From an uncultured Acidobacteriaceae bacterium (lineage in GTDB: Bacteria; Acidobacteriota; Terriglobia; Terriglobales; Acidobacteriaceae): a DNA stretch of 64,000 nucleotides. The position numbers and the translations under genes were made by a program. Location: the NCBI GenBank assembly GCA_963823865.1, contig CAWGNC010000003.1, positions 1,603,842-1,667,841 on the forward strand. Direction: 5' to 3'. Within the stretch, counting starts at the first letter, position 1, and each line of letters begins with the position of its first letter. Below, piece after piece: positions 53,237-64,000 of this stretch. Under the pieces are notes generated by a model that saw only the letters and a program-made list of their open reading frames with translations, made no database searches and had not been told where the DNA came from.

Positions 53237-54786
53237 TTACCGCAGCAGCGCCGCCATGCCCTGCGCGCTCTGCGTCAGACCCAGCGACCAGTTCACCGCG
53301 TTGATGAAGAAGTTCGGGAACAGCCCGATGCCGACCGTTCCGAGCGCGGTGATGCGCCAGCGCCAGCCTCATCGCCGGACTCAGCCGCACCGGCTCGGTT
53401 TCCATCGGCTGGCGCATCAGCATGGCATTGGCGATGCGCATGTAGTAATACAGGCCGATGACGGCGTACAGCACGGCGACCGCGGCCAGCGAGTAGTGTC
53501 CCGTCTGGATCAGGCTGAGGAAGATGAAGTACTTGCCCCAGAAGCCCGCCAGCGGCGGAATTCCCGCCAGCGACAGCAGGAAGAGCAGCATCAGCATGGC
53601 TTCGGTCGGCGCTTTGAAGAAGAGGCCGGCGATGTCGTCGATCTCGTCGCCAATGATGTTGCGGCGGCGCAGCGAGGTGATGACCGCGAACGCGCCCAGG
53701 TTCATGAACGTGTACACCAGCAGGTAAAACAGGATCGCCATGATGCCGGTGGAATTGTTCTGGCCATCGCTGGCGACCAGGCCCAGCAGCATGTAGCCGA
53801 CGTGCGCGATCGACGAGTACGCCAGCAGACGCTTCAGGTTGGTCTGCGTCATCGCCGCCAGGTTGCCGCCGGTCATGGTGGCGATGGAGACGAAGACCAG
53901 CAGCGGCACGTACATCGAGCGCAGCGGATACAGTCCGAAGAGGAAGATGCGAAGCAGCATCGCCCAGCCCGCAGCCTTCACCGCGACCGACATAAAGCCG
54001 GTCACGCTGGTCGGCGCGCCTTCGTAAGCGTCGGGCGCCCATTGATGGAATGGCACGGCGGCGATCTTGAAGAGCAGGCCGGCGGTCGTCGTCAGCAGCG
54101 CGAAGATGACGATCGGATCGTTGGGCCGGGTGGCGAGCAATCTTCTGCAGCCCCTCCGCAATGCCTGCCAGGTTGGTGCTGCCGGTCAGTCCGTAAAACA
54201 GCGACAGGCCGTAAGCGAAGATGCCGGACGAAAATGCGCCCAGCAGCAGATACTTCAGCGCCGCTTCGTTGGAGCGTTTGTCGCGGCGCAGGAAGCCGAC
54301 CAGCACGTAGGTCGAGATGGCCATCAGTTCCAGGCCGATGAACAGCAGCACGATGTCGTAGCCGGCGGCCATGCACATCATGCCGACGACGGAGAACAGC
54401 AGCAGCGCGTAAAACTCGCCGTGGTTCTCCTGCTCGATCTCGAGGTAGCGAATCGACATCAGAACGGCGATGGCCGCGCCCGCCAGAAACAGGTAGAAGA
54501 AATAAATGGCGAACGGATCGACCAGCAGCGATCCCATGAAGCCGGTGTCGATGAATGCGAGTCCCTGCTCGCTGGGCCAGGTGATAGGCCCAATGCAGCT
54601 TGCCGACTGCGGCGGCGGAAAATGCGATGCCCAGCCAGCGCGATGAAGGCGTTGACCCGCTTCCACTGCTTTCGGGAGGAACAGGTCGATCAGCAGGATG
54701 CCGAGCGCAAACAGCGTCAGCAGCAGCATGGGCAGGGCCAGCAGGTAATCGGAAGCCGAAAAAAATTGTGTGAGCGAGGTGGTCAC
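53237..54786 (-). pseudogene. nuoN: NADH-quinone oxidoreductase subunit N, at least 5 apparent frameshifts
   Basis: NuoN sequence is recovered only by switching frames near 54671, 54631, 54575 (all three at 3-nt homopolymers), 54138 and 53356. The true C-terminus ...ITALGTVGIGLFPNFFINAVNWSLGLTQSAQGMAALLR* ends at 53237. Confidence 0.85.
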
Positions 54787-54878
54787 GAGGTCATCCTCAC
54801 TTCGTAACGGCGGCCAGAGTAGCCGCCGCTGTGGTTACAGGTCGACCGGCGCGATTGCCGCCGGAGCGTTGAATGCGG

Positions 54879-54960
54879 TGTCATCCTGAGCGGAGTCGAC
54901 CGCTCTGTCTTTTCGACTCGCCGACGTTGCGAGTCGGGCGGGCGCGCAGTCGAAGGACCT
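54879..54960. repeat. variant copy of the GTCATCCTGAGCG...GTCGAAGGACC element (with internal insertion)
   Basis: It shares both termini with the four copies listed below and lies in the nuoM-nuoN spacer. Confidence 0.75.
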
Positions 54961-55080
54961 GCTATGTCCGGCTGCTCGACCGAATAGCAGGTACCGCTCG
55001 GACTGCGCCGCGATCGAAAGGCGCCGTCGCCTCCGCTCGGGCTGACTACATCGGCTGGCGTCGGGTCCGTCGCGGCGCCG

Positions 55081-56652
55081 CTAGCCGGAGCTTCTGCCGG
55101 AGCGACAGGCTGCGTCGCCAGCACCGGCTTGATGCATGCCCGGATAATCCGGACGCACCGTCGCCACCAGGTTGTTTACCGGCGTGGAGAGAATCTGGAA
55201 GAACGGCTTGGGATACAGGCCGATCCAGAAAGCGATGATCACCAGCGGAATCAGCGTCGCCAGCTCGCGTCCGGAAAGATCGAGCAGCTTCTCGTTCTTG
55301 GGATTTTCTACCTTGCCGAAGAACACGCGCTGATAGAGCCACAGCAGGTACGCCGCGGCGAGAATCACGCCCGGCACCGCCCACGCGGCCCAGATCTTGT
55401 TCTCCATGAACGTGCCTTGCAGGATGGTGAACTCGCCGACGAAGCCGTTCAGCAGCGGCAGGCCCATCGACGACATGAACATGATCAGCGTGATGGTCGC
55501 GTACACCGGCATCACGTTCGAGATGCCGCCGTACTCCGCGATCTCGCGCGTGTGCCGCCGCTCATACAGAATGCCGACAATCAGGAACAGCGCGCCGGTG
55601 GAGATGCCGTGGTTGATCTGCTGCAGCACCGAGCCGCTCAGGCCCAGCGGGCTCAGCGCGAAGATGCCGAGCGTGCAGAAGCCAAGGTGGCTGACCGACG
55701 AGTACGCCACCAGCTTCTTCATGTCCTTCTGCATCAGCGAGACCAGCGCGCCGTAGATGATGCCGATCAGCGACAGCGTGATCATCAACTGGCGCACCCA
55801 CGGCGTCATCGCCACGGCCGGGAAGAACGGCAGCGAGAAGCGGATCATGCCGTACGTTCCCATCTTCAGCAGAACGCCGGCCAGGATGACCGAGCCCGCG
55901 GTCGGCGCCTCGACGTGCGCGTCGGGCAGCCAGGTGTGGAACGGGAACATCGGCACCTTGATCGCGAAGCCGAGGAAGAAGGCGAAGAACAGCCAGATCG
56001 CCGCGTGCCCGCCGATCTTCGGCGCCGTCGCGTAAAGGTCGGGCAGGTAGAACGTGTACACGCCGGTCAGGGTGTGGTGATGGAAGTACAGGAACAGGAT
56101 GCCCAGCAGCATCAGCACCGAGCCGAACAGGGTGTACAGGAAAAACTTGATCGCCGCGTAGAGCTTGCGCGGTCCGCCCCAGATGCCGATCAGCAAGTAC
56201 ATCGGCACCAGCATGGCCTCCCAGAAAACGAAGAAGAGGAACATGTCGTTGGCCATGAAGACGCCGAGCATGCCGGTCTGCAGCACCAGGAACCAGACGT
56301 AATATTCCTTGACGCGGTCCTGGATGGCGTTCCACGACGACAGGATCGAGATCGCGCCCAGCAGCGTGGTCAGCATGATCAGCAGGAACGAAATGCCGTC
56401 GATGCCGAGGACGTAGCCGGCGCCGATGGTCGGGATCCAGTTGTTGGGCGCGCCTTCGACAAACTGGAAGCCGGCGCGCTCCTTCAATGCCCAGAACCAC
56501 GGAATCAGCGGCAACGAAACCGCAAAGCCGAGGAACGCGAAGATGTTGGCGATCCAGCGGATCGCGTTCTTGTTTTCCTTGGGCACCAGCAGCAGGAGCG
56601 CAGCTCCCACCAGCGGCGTAAATAAGACGATCGAAAGAATATGGTTGTACAT
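55081..56652 (-). CDS. nuoM: NADH-quinone oxidoreductase subunit M
   Basis: Intact 523-aa ORF with typical NuoM sequence (FFVFWEAMLVPMYLLIGIWGG, HVEAPTAGSVILAGVLLKMG). Confidence 0.95.
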   Translation of the reverse strand: MYNHILSIVLFTPLVGAALLLLVPKENKNAIRWIANIFAFLGFAVSLPLIPWFWALKERAGFQFVEGAPNNWIPTIGAGYVLGIDGISFLLIMLTTLLGAISILSSWNAIQDRVKEYYVWFLVLQTGMLGVFMANDMFLFFVFWEAMLVPMYLLIGIWGGPRKLYAAIKFFLYTLFGSVLMLLGILFLYFHHHTLTGVYTFYLPDLYATAPKIGGHAAIWLFFAFFLGFAIKVPMFPFHTWLPDAHVEAPTAGSVILAGVLLKMGTYGMIRFSLPFFPAVAMTPWVRQLMITLSLIGIIYGALVSLMQKDMKKLVAYSSVSHLGFCTLGIFALSPLGLSGSVLQQINHGISTGALFLIVGILYERRHTREIAEYGGISNVMPVYATITLIMFMSSMGLPLLNGFVGEFTILQGTFMENKIWAAWAVPGVILAAAYLLWLYQRVFFGKVENPKNEKLLDLSGRELATLIPLVIIAFWIGLYPKPFFQILSTPVNNLVATVRPDYPGMHQAGAGDAACRSGRSSG

Positions 56653-56660
56653 AATTTAAT

Positions 56661-56703
56661 AGCTCTCAGCAATTCAGCTATCAGCCGTCAGCAATTAGCT
56701 AAG
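56661..56703 (-). repeat. heptamer array (sense GCTAATT-type) just upstream of the nuoM start
   Basis: AGCTCTC AGCAATT CAGCTAT CAGCCGT CAGCAATT AGCTAAG. Confidence 0.85.
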
Positions 56704-56715
56704 TCAAAACCTCGC

Positions 56716-56766
56716 TGTCATCCTGAGCGCAGGATCGCGTCTTCTGCGATCCGGAGTCGAAGGACC
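56716..56766. repeat. GTCATCCTGAGCG-(GGATCGC hairpin)-GTCGAAGGACC element
   Basis: TGTCATCCTGAGCGCAGGATCGCGTCTTCTGCGATCCGGAGTCGAAGGACC. Confidence 0.9.
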
Positions 56767-56784
56767 TCTACCGTCCGCCAAGAT

Positions 56785-56880
56785 CTGCCGTCCCTACGGG
56801 ACTCAGCTCTTCGAGGGGTAGCCAACCCCGCGGCTCCCGACCGGGGCCTAAAATCAGTTTCGCCCTTCGGGCTCGGACAT
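56785..56880. repeat. CTGCCGTCCCTACGGGACT module plus GC hairpins
   Basis: The core is identical to 31905-31923. CCCGACCGGGG- and GCCCTTCGGGC-type hairpins follow. Confidence 0.8.
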
Positions 56881-56943
56881 TCGTTATTCAAAGATCTAGA
56901 CCAAAATCTTCGGCCACTCATGACCGCATGGTTTTCAAAGACC

Positions 56944-57013
56944 GCAACTGCGTTACCAACAACCGAACTGGCCACCGGATCACTGACAACTGGCCACTGA
57001 CAACTGACAACTG
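56944..57013 (-). repeat. heptamer array (sense CAGTTGT-type) 4 nt after the nuoL stop
   Basis: About ten 7-nt units, including ACAACTG GCCACTG ACAACTG ACAACTG. Confidence 0.9.
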
Positions 57014-57017
57014 TCTC

Positions 57018-59177
57018 TCACCACTTCACCACGTAATAGAAAACAAATCCCACCAGCCCGGCGACCATCACCAGCGCGTACCACTGCACCAGGCCCCACT
57101 GCACCAGGCGCACGGGATACGAAGCCAGCCGCGTCACGATGGCAACTCCGTTTACGAACAGGCCGTCGATAATCCACTTGTCCCACAGGTTCGACAGCGT
57201 GCCGCTCATGCGCGTCGATCCAGCCCGCGCCGTTCACGGCTGCCGTCGATAACCTCGGCGTCAAACTTCCATAGCCCTTCGCCGAGACCCATCGCGCCCA
57301 GGCGCACGTCGCCGACTTTCTTGCGTCCGGTGAACACCCAGTCGTAGATCTCGTCGATGTACCACTTGTGGAAGAGCGTCGTGTAGAACGCGGGAGCGAC
57401 TTCGCGGATCGGCTCCTTGTAACCCTTGTCGGCCTTCTTGTAGGCGCGTTGCGCCATGAACCAGCCGAGAATCGCCGCTCCCACCGAGGCGAACATCAGC
57501 GCGTACTCCAGCGGATCGGTGTGCTCGACTTGCTGCTCACCGGCGGCAACCTGCGCGGCTGCGCCTTCGTGCTCCAGCACGACAGCTTCTTTGGCGAACA
57601 CCGGCTCCAGGAACTTCTCGAAGCGGTTCGAGCCGCCCAGGCTGTGCGGCAATCCCAGGAAGCCCGCGCCGATCGAGCAGATCGCCAGGATGACCAGCGG
57701 CACCGTCATCGTCTTGGGCGATTCGTGGATGTGGTGCTCGACTTCGTGGTTCATGCGCGGCTTGCCGAAGAACGTCAGGTAGATCAGCCGGAACATGTAG
57801 AACGACGTCATCAGCGCGGTGAGAAATGCGATGTACCAGAGGTAGCGATAACGCGCCGCCCTCGCGCGACCACGTCTCCCACAGGATGGCGTCCTTGGAG
57901 AAGAAGCCCGCGAAGCCGGGAATGCCGGAGATGGCGAGGGTCGCGATCAGCATGGTGCCGAAGGTGACCTTGATCTTCCCTGCCAGCGCGCCCATGTGCT
58001 GCATCTCCTGCTCGCCGCTCATGGCGTGAATCACCGAGCCGGCTCCGAGGAAGAGCAGCGCCTTGAAGAACGCGTGCGTGAAGACGTGGAAGACGCCGGC
58101 GGCGAATGCGCCGACGCCGAGCGCCAGGAACATGTAGCCCAGCTGCGAAACCGTGGAGTAGGCCAGCACGCGCTTGATGTCGTTCTGCACCAGTCCGATC
58201 GTCGCGGCGAAGATCGCGGTCAGCGCGCCGATGATGGCGACGGTCTTCATCGCGTTGGGCGCCAGCACAAACAGCGCGTTGGAGCGCGCCACCATGTAGA
58301 CGCCGGCGGTGACCATCGTCGCCGCGTGGATCAGAGCGGAGACCGGCGTGGGACCTTCCATCGCGTCGGGCAGCCAGACATACAGCGGAAATTGCGCCGA
58401 CTTGCCGCAGGCTCCGACGAACAGCAGCAGGCAGGCGGCGGTAATCACCGGATCGCCGATAGCGAAGCGTCCGCTGCGCGCCAGATGATTGACCGCGGTG
58501 TACTGCACCGAGCCGAAGTACCAGGCGATGGTCAGCATGCCCAGCAGAAATCCGGCGTCACCCACGCGGTTGACGATGAATGCCTTGTTCGCGGCGGTCG
58601 ATGCCGAGTGTCGCTGGAAGTAGAAGCCGATCAGCAGGTACGAGCACAGGCCCACGCCCTCCCACCCGACGAACATCAGGGCGTAGTTATTGGCCAGGAT
58701 CAGCGTCAGCATGGAGAACATGAACAGATTCAGGTAGCCGAAGAAGCGGTAGTAGCCGCCCTCGTGCGCCATGTAGCCCATCGAGTAAATGTGGATGAGC
58801 ATGCCCACGCCGGTGACGAACAGCAGCCAGATCGAGGACAGCGGATCGAGCAGGAAGCCGGCGTCGACGTTGAACTGCGCCGCGCCGCCATGCATGGGAT
58901 AGCGAGCGAGGTGTTAGGCCTGCCAGCGCAGCGGGTGTGCGGTGCCGGTGCCGAGCCAGGTGAACAGGATCGTCTCGAAGGGCTTGCCGGGATTGGCGGC
59001 CGAGTATCCGGTGTACTGCCAGACCGCAAGGCAGGCCCACGCGAAGGCCAGCACGATGACGCCGACGCAGACGCCGTTCACCGCGGATTTCGAGAGCTTG
59101 CGTCCGAAGAAGAACATGCAAGCCGCACCGAACGCGGGAAGCAGCGGAATGATCCAGATGTGGTTTAAGAAAAACAT
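57018..59177 (-). pseudogene. nuoL: NADH-quinone oxidoreductase subunit L, one in-frame TAA plus about 3 frameshifts
   Basis: ORFs 58914..59177 and 57537..58895 are in the same frame, separated by a TAA at 58914-58916. Frame switches near 57855, 57241 and 57216 are needed to reach ...MTSFYMFRLIYLTFFG..., AVNGAGW and the C-terminus ending at 57018. Confidence 0.9.
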
Positions 59178-59232
59178 AGCAATTAGCCGTTAGCACCTAG
59201 CCGTCTACGCAATTAGCAATTCGCCCTTAGCC
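59178..59232 (-). repeat. heptamer array (sense GCTAATT-type) directly abutting the nuoL ATG
   Basis: AGCAATT AGCCGTT AGCACCT AGCCGTC ... AGCAATT CGCCCTT AGCC. The first unit begins at the nucleotide next to the start codon. Confidence 0.9.
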
Positions 59233-59245
59233 AAAACCTAGAACG

Positions 59246-59296
59246 TGTCATCCTGAGCGGAGGATCGCTTCTTTTGCGCTCTGGAGCCGCAGGACC
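59246..59296. repeat. degenerate copy of the GTCATCCTGAGCG element
   Basis: TGTCATCCTGAGCGGAGGATCGCTTCTTTTGCGCTCTGGAGCCGCAGGACC. Confidence 0.8.
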
Positions 59297-59303
59297 CCTA
59301 CCG

Positions 59304-59609
59304 CTACCACTTCAACAAATCGATCTCGTCCACATTCACCGTCTCCTTATTGCGGAAGAAGGCGATGATGATGCCCAACCCGACCGCGGCTTCAGCCGCT
59401 GCGTCGGTGATGACGAAGATGGAGAACACCTGCCCATGCAATCCGTAGAGCCGGGAGAACGCCACCAGGTTCAGGTTCACGGCGTTCAGGATCAGCTCAA
59501 TCGACATCAGGATGATGATCACGTTGCGCCGCGTCAGCACGCCGATGGTGCCGATGATGAACAGCGATGCCGCAACAACCAGGTAATGCAATGTGGTGAT
59601 CTCGGTCAT
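59304..59609 (-). CDS. nuoK: NADH-quinone oxidoreductase subunit K
   Basis: Intact 101-aa ORF with the typical NuoK sequence ([19 protein letters not shown]). Confidence 0.95.
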   Translation of the reverse strand: MTEITTLHYLVVAASLFIIGTIGVLTRRNVIIILMSIELILNAVNLNLVAFSRLYGLHGQVFSIFVITDAAAEAAVGLGIIIAFFRNKETVNVDEIDLLKW

Positions 59610-59613
59610 AAAT

Positions 59614-59648
59614 AGCTCTTAGCTCTTAGCAATTGGCAACTAGCCAAA
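59614..59648 (-). repeat. heptamer array (GCTAATT-type) upstream of the nuoK start
   Basis: AGCTCTT AGCTCTT AGCAATT GGCAACT AGCCAAA. Confidence 0.85.
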
Positions 59649-59653
59649 AAACT

Positions 59654-59702
59654 TGTCATCCTGAGCGGAGGATCGCGGTTTTGCGATCGGAGTCGAAGGA
59701 CC
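59654..59702. repeat. GTCATCCTGAGCG element copy
   Basis: TGTCATCCTGAGCGGAGGATCGCGGTTTTGCGATCGGAGTCGAAGGACC. The hairpins GCCGGCTAAAGCCGGC, CACGGCTAAAGCCGTG and GCGGAGCTGAAGCTCCGC follow at 59730-59838. Confidence 0.9.
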
Positions 59703-59844
59703 CCATTCCAGCACCCGCTCTTCCTGCCGCCGGCTAAAGCCGGCTTACATCCCGTGTCGCTCGTTGCACGGCTAAAGCCGTGCCCTTTCAATTCGCTCTG
59801 TTCGATCAGTCTCATTGAGCGCGGAGCTGAAGCTCCGCAGGACT

Positions 59845-59872
59845 CAAACTGACAACCGACAACCGGCAACTG
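59845..59872 (-). repeat. heptamer array 5 nt after the nuoJ stop
   Basis: CAAACTG ACAACCG ACAACCG GCAACTG. Confidence 0.85.
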
Positions 59873-59877
59873 CCTTC

Positions 59878-60396
<519 letters not shown>

Positions 60397-60402
60397 AAAA
60401 TC

Positions 60403-60437
60403 AGCAATTAGCAATTAGCCGTTAGCAATTAGCAAAA
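60403..60437 (-). repeat. heptamer array (GCTAATT-type) upstream of the nuoJ start
   Basis: AGCAATT AGCAATT AGCCGTT AGCAATT AGCAAAA. Confidence 0.9.
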
Positions 60438-60475
60438 TCGCGATTCGCGTTCGCTCTTACCCAGAAAACTCATCG

Positions 60476-60536
60476 TGTCATCCTGAGCGCAGGATCGCGC
60501 TTATTGCGATCCGGAGCCGAAGGACCCCTGCCGCTA
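60476..60536. repeat. GTCATCCTGAGCG element copy
   Basis: TGTCATCCTGAGCGCAGGATCGCGCTTATTGCGATCCGGAGCCGAAGGACC. Confidence 0.9.
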
Positions 60537-60543
60537 CGAAAAC

Positions 60544-60650
60544 CTGCCGTCCCTAAAGGGACTCTGACTCTTTATCTGCCTACCCAGCACTCCGCCTTCG
60601 GCTCCGTGCTGGGCTAAGCTATTCCGTCCCGCCTTGCGGGACTGTAGCTT
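60544..60650. repeat. CTGCCGTCCCTAAAGGGACT module plus hairpins
   Basis: A core variant followed by the hairpins CCCAGCAC..GTGCTGGG and GTCCCGCCTTGCGGGAC. Confidence 0.8.
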
Positions 60651-60654
60651 TAAC

Positions 60655-60786
60655 GTTCCCGCATCACTCTGAGCTCGGAAATCCTTCACCGTTCCGCAAT
60701 CACACTCGAGCTCGGCGACCCTTCACCCGCATCACTCTCGAGCTCGGAGGTCGTTTACCGTTCCGCATCACTCCAACTCAGAGATC
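60655..60786. repeat. tandem repeat of about 36 nt, about 3.5 copies
   Basis: The units GTTCCCGCATCACTCTGAGCTCGGAAATCCTTCACC and GTTCCGCAATCACACTCGAGCTCGGCGACCCTTCACC are followed by CGCATCACTCTCGAGCTCGGAGGTCGTTTACC and a partial fourth unit. Three of the four units carry a (C)GAGCTCG(G) palindrome; the partial fourth unit lacks it. Confidence 0.85.
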
Positions 60787-60862
60787 TTGGTCATTGGTAT
60801 CGACCCGACGGCAACCGACAATTACTTCCTAACCCCCGGTCCTGCTAATCCCTGGTCCCTTG

Positions 60863-60890
60863 CAGACTGACAACCAGCAACCAACAACTG
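60863..60890 (-). repeat. heptamer array 1 nt after the nuoI stop
   Basis: CAGACTG ACAACCA GCAACCA ACAACTG. Confidence 0.85.
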
Positions 60891-60891
60891 C

Positions 60892-61353
60892 CTACTTCTC
60901 GTACTTCACCGGCGTCGGCCCGTCTTCCAGCGCCTTCTGGTCCAGCACCATGCCTTCGCGGGTGTAGAGCGCCATCTCGAAGTCCGGCGTCAGCTCCAGC
61001 GCGTCGGTCGAGCAGGCTTCGGCGCACAGGCCGCAGAACATGCAGCGGCTCAGGTCGTAAGTCCACGTCACGGGAAATTTGCGCTTGGTCACCGGATCGC
61101 GATCGCCCTTGATGACGATCAGCTGCTCCGGGCAGGCCAGCGCGCACAGGTTGCAGACGATGCACTTCGAGTGGCCGGAGCTTTCGTCCATGCGCAGCCG
61201 CGGCTGCCCGCGATAACGCTCGGCGACTTGTGGCCGCTCCAGCGGATACTGCTCGGTAACGGCCTCGCTCGGCGCCTGGTAGTTGAACGTGACCTTCAGG
61301 CCTTTCACCAGGTCCACCAGCAGAAGTTTGCGAAGCAGTGGCGGCAGACTCAT
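60892..61353 (-). CDS. nuoI: NADH-quinone oxidoreductase subunit I
   Basis: Intact 153-aa ORF with two 4Fe-4S motifs ([23 protein letters not shown]). Its ATGA overlaps the nuoH stop. Confidence 0.95.
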   Translation of the reverse strand: MSLPPLLRKLLLVDLVKGLKVTFNYQAPSEAVTEQYPLERPQVAERYRGQPRLRMDESSGHSKCIVCNLCALACPEQLIVIKGDRDPVTKRKFPVTWTYDLSRCMFCGLCAEACSTDALELTPDFEMALYTREGMVLDQKALEDGPTPVKYEK

Positions 61354-62631
61354 CGCAGTACCCCCAGAATGGCCGACGACATTTCCGGCACCAGCCCCCA
61401 GAGCGCTGTAGCAATCAGAACGCCCAGCCCGGTCGGCAGCAGTACCTTCCAGCCCACTTTCATGAGCTGATCGAAGCGGTAACGCGGAAACGTTCCGCGA
61501 TACCAGATGTACAGGTACATGAAGAACGCAACTTTAAGCGACAAACCAGAAGATGTCCTGCACCCGCTCGCGCACCCGGGAGAACGAGCAGTACCAGCCC
61601 GATGAAGCCAAGCAGCAATCCGAAGATCGCCAGGCCAACAGTCTGAATCTTCATCTGCGGAATCTTCGGCATCCGCGCCGCGCCCAGCAGGCAAAGGCCG
61701 GCAAGTCCGAACAGCGTCAGCGCCGGAATGAACGAGAACGCCGTGTCCCAGGCTGATCCGCTCAACCATGTCGGGAAGGGCCGCATCCATCCGCCCAGCC
61801 ACAGCGTGACGGCGATCGACGAGACCGCCAGCATGGCCGCGTACTCGGCCAGGAAGAACAGAGACCAGCGGAAGCCGCTGTACTCGGTGTGGAAGCCGGC
61901 GACCAGCTCCGACTCAGCTTCCGGCAAGTCGAAGGGCGCGCGATTGGTTTCCGCAACCATCGCGATGGCGAAGACCATGAATGCGATGAATCCCAGCGGG
62001 AAGAATTTGAAGATGAACCAGGTGTGCTGCGCAGCCTGCGCTTCGACGATGCCGATCATGCTCAGCGTGCCGGTGCCGGTCTGCATGCTGGTCATCATGA
62101 CCGCGCAGACGATGGCCAGGCCCATGGCGATTTCGTAGGAGACCATTTGCGCGCTCGAGCGCAGCGAGCCCATCAGCGGGTAATGCGAGTTCGACGACCA
62201 GCCCGCCATGATGATGCCCAGCACGCCCAGCGACGAAACGCCCAGCATGAACAGAATGCCAATGTTCATGTCGGTGACGGCGTGCGTGCGTCCGAAGGGC
62301 ACGACCAGGAACGTGGTGAAGGCCGTCATGGTCACGACGACCGGAGCGCTCCAGAACACCAGCTTGTCGGCGTCCTGCGGGATGATGTCTTCCTTGATGA
62401 GCAGCTTCAGCGCATCGGCAAAGGGTTGCAGCAGTCCGTGCGGACCTACGCGCATGGGGCCAAGACGAATCTGCATGTGCGCCAGAATTTTGCGCTCCAG
62501 CCAGTTCATCGCGATCACCGACAGCGAAATGCCAACGGTGATCAGCAGGATGTAGACGGTCGCCCAGAACATGCTGCCGGCTTCGCCCGGGGTGCCGGTT
62601 GACGTTAAGTAGGATTTGATGGCGTGAAACA

Positions 62632-62632
<1 letters not shown>
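61350..62632 (-). pseudogene. nuoH: NADH-quinone oxidoreductase subunit H, 2 apparent frameshifts
   Basis: ORF 61460..62632 is canonical NuoH up to ...[22 protein letters not shown] and then [25 protein letters not shown]... need frame switches near 61577 and 61536. Confidence 0.9.
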
Positions 62633-63826
<1,194 letters not shown>

Positions 63827-63830
<4 letters not shown>

Positions 63831-64000
63831 TGCGCGCTCTCGATGCCGATGTTGGTCTTCACCCATTCCGCGTCCTGCTGCAGGATGCCGTAGTCCTTGC
63901 GCAGGGGATGGCCCTTCCAGTCGTCGGGCATCAGGATGCGTTTCAGTTCCGGGTGCCCCTCGAACTCGATGCCGAACATGTCGAAGACTTCACGCTCCAG
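63827..64000 (-). CDS. nuoC: NADH-quinone oxidoreductase subunit C, 3' part; 5' end outside window
   Basis: It reads [37 protein letters not shown]...IESAQ*. Its stop overlaps the nuoD ATG (ATGA). Confidence 0.85.

Noticed and set aside
56944-57013. Heptamer arrays considered as CRISPR arrays or ordinary microsatellites.
   Set aside because: The units are 7 nt with no spacers, so they are not CRISPR. They are kept as a repeat finding because of their strict placement at stop and start codons.
58914-58916. The in-frame TAA in nuoL considered as programmed recoding or readthrough.
   Set aside because: There is no recoding context, and the same gene carries several frameshifts. Mutation or consensus error is far more likely.

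Overview
This is a 64-kb, roughly 60% GC, gene-dense bacterial chromosomal window. The gene content (exosortase/PEP-CTERM system) and the intergenic repeat families suggest an Acidobacteriota-like genome, but that is inference. All product calls come from motif recognition by eye; no database search was run.

Layout:
1. nt 1-17.3k: exosortase/PEP-CTERM exopolysaccharide locus. It holds two NodB deacetylases, a Wzy-like ligase, two GT4 glycosyltransferases, exosortase plus EpsI, two PEP-CTERM cargo genes, a VanZ-like protein, an AsnB-like protein, a methyltransferase, a Wzx flippase and a rhomboid-TPR protease.
2. 17.5-30.4k: mixed envelope and stress genes. These are an orphan 568-aa protein, a DUF4097 beta-helix protein, a HlyD-type adaptor, a PDZ/PP2C membrane phosphatase, a DUF6496 protein with a basic tail, a di-heme peroxidase, a putative OMP, Fur and a CPA2 antiporter.
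3. 30.5-38.3k: ahcY, metK, DinB, kdsA, pyrG.
4. 38.5-42.6k: a third PEP-CTERM gene and two coupled DUF2029/GT87-like membrane proteins.
5. 42.7-52.8k: a minus-strand run of plsC, M61 peptidase, mpl, ldcA, dapF-like, a broken GT-C gene, a ParE/RHH toxin-antitoxin pair, a PfkB kinase and mtnP.
6. 53.2-64k: nuoN to nuoC (minus strand).

No rRNA, tRNA, CRISPR array, transposase or integrase was seen.

Most unusual observations:
- A modular non-coding repeat system lies between cistrons. It consists of heptamer arrays abutting stop codons, different heptamer arrays abutting start codons, and hairpin modules. It occupies the nuoI-nuoN half of the nuo operon and the 3' ends of ahcY and metK.
- ORF-breaking lesions are strongly clustered in nuoN/L/H/D, pyrG, ldcA, epsI, a PEP-CTERM gene and a GT-C gene, while long neighbouring ORFs are intact.
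- A DapF homolog has both catalytic cysteines replaced by serine.
- A paralogous pair of PEP-CTERM proteins shares a C-D-D-x-x-H plus A-[IV]-W motif set.
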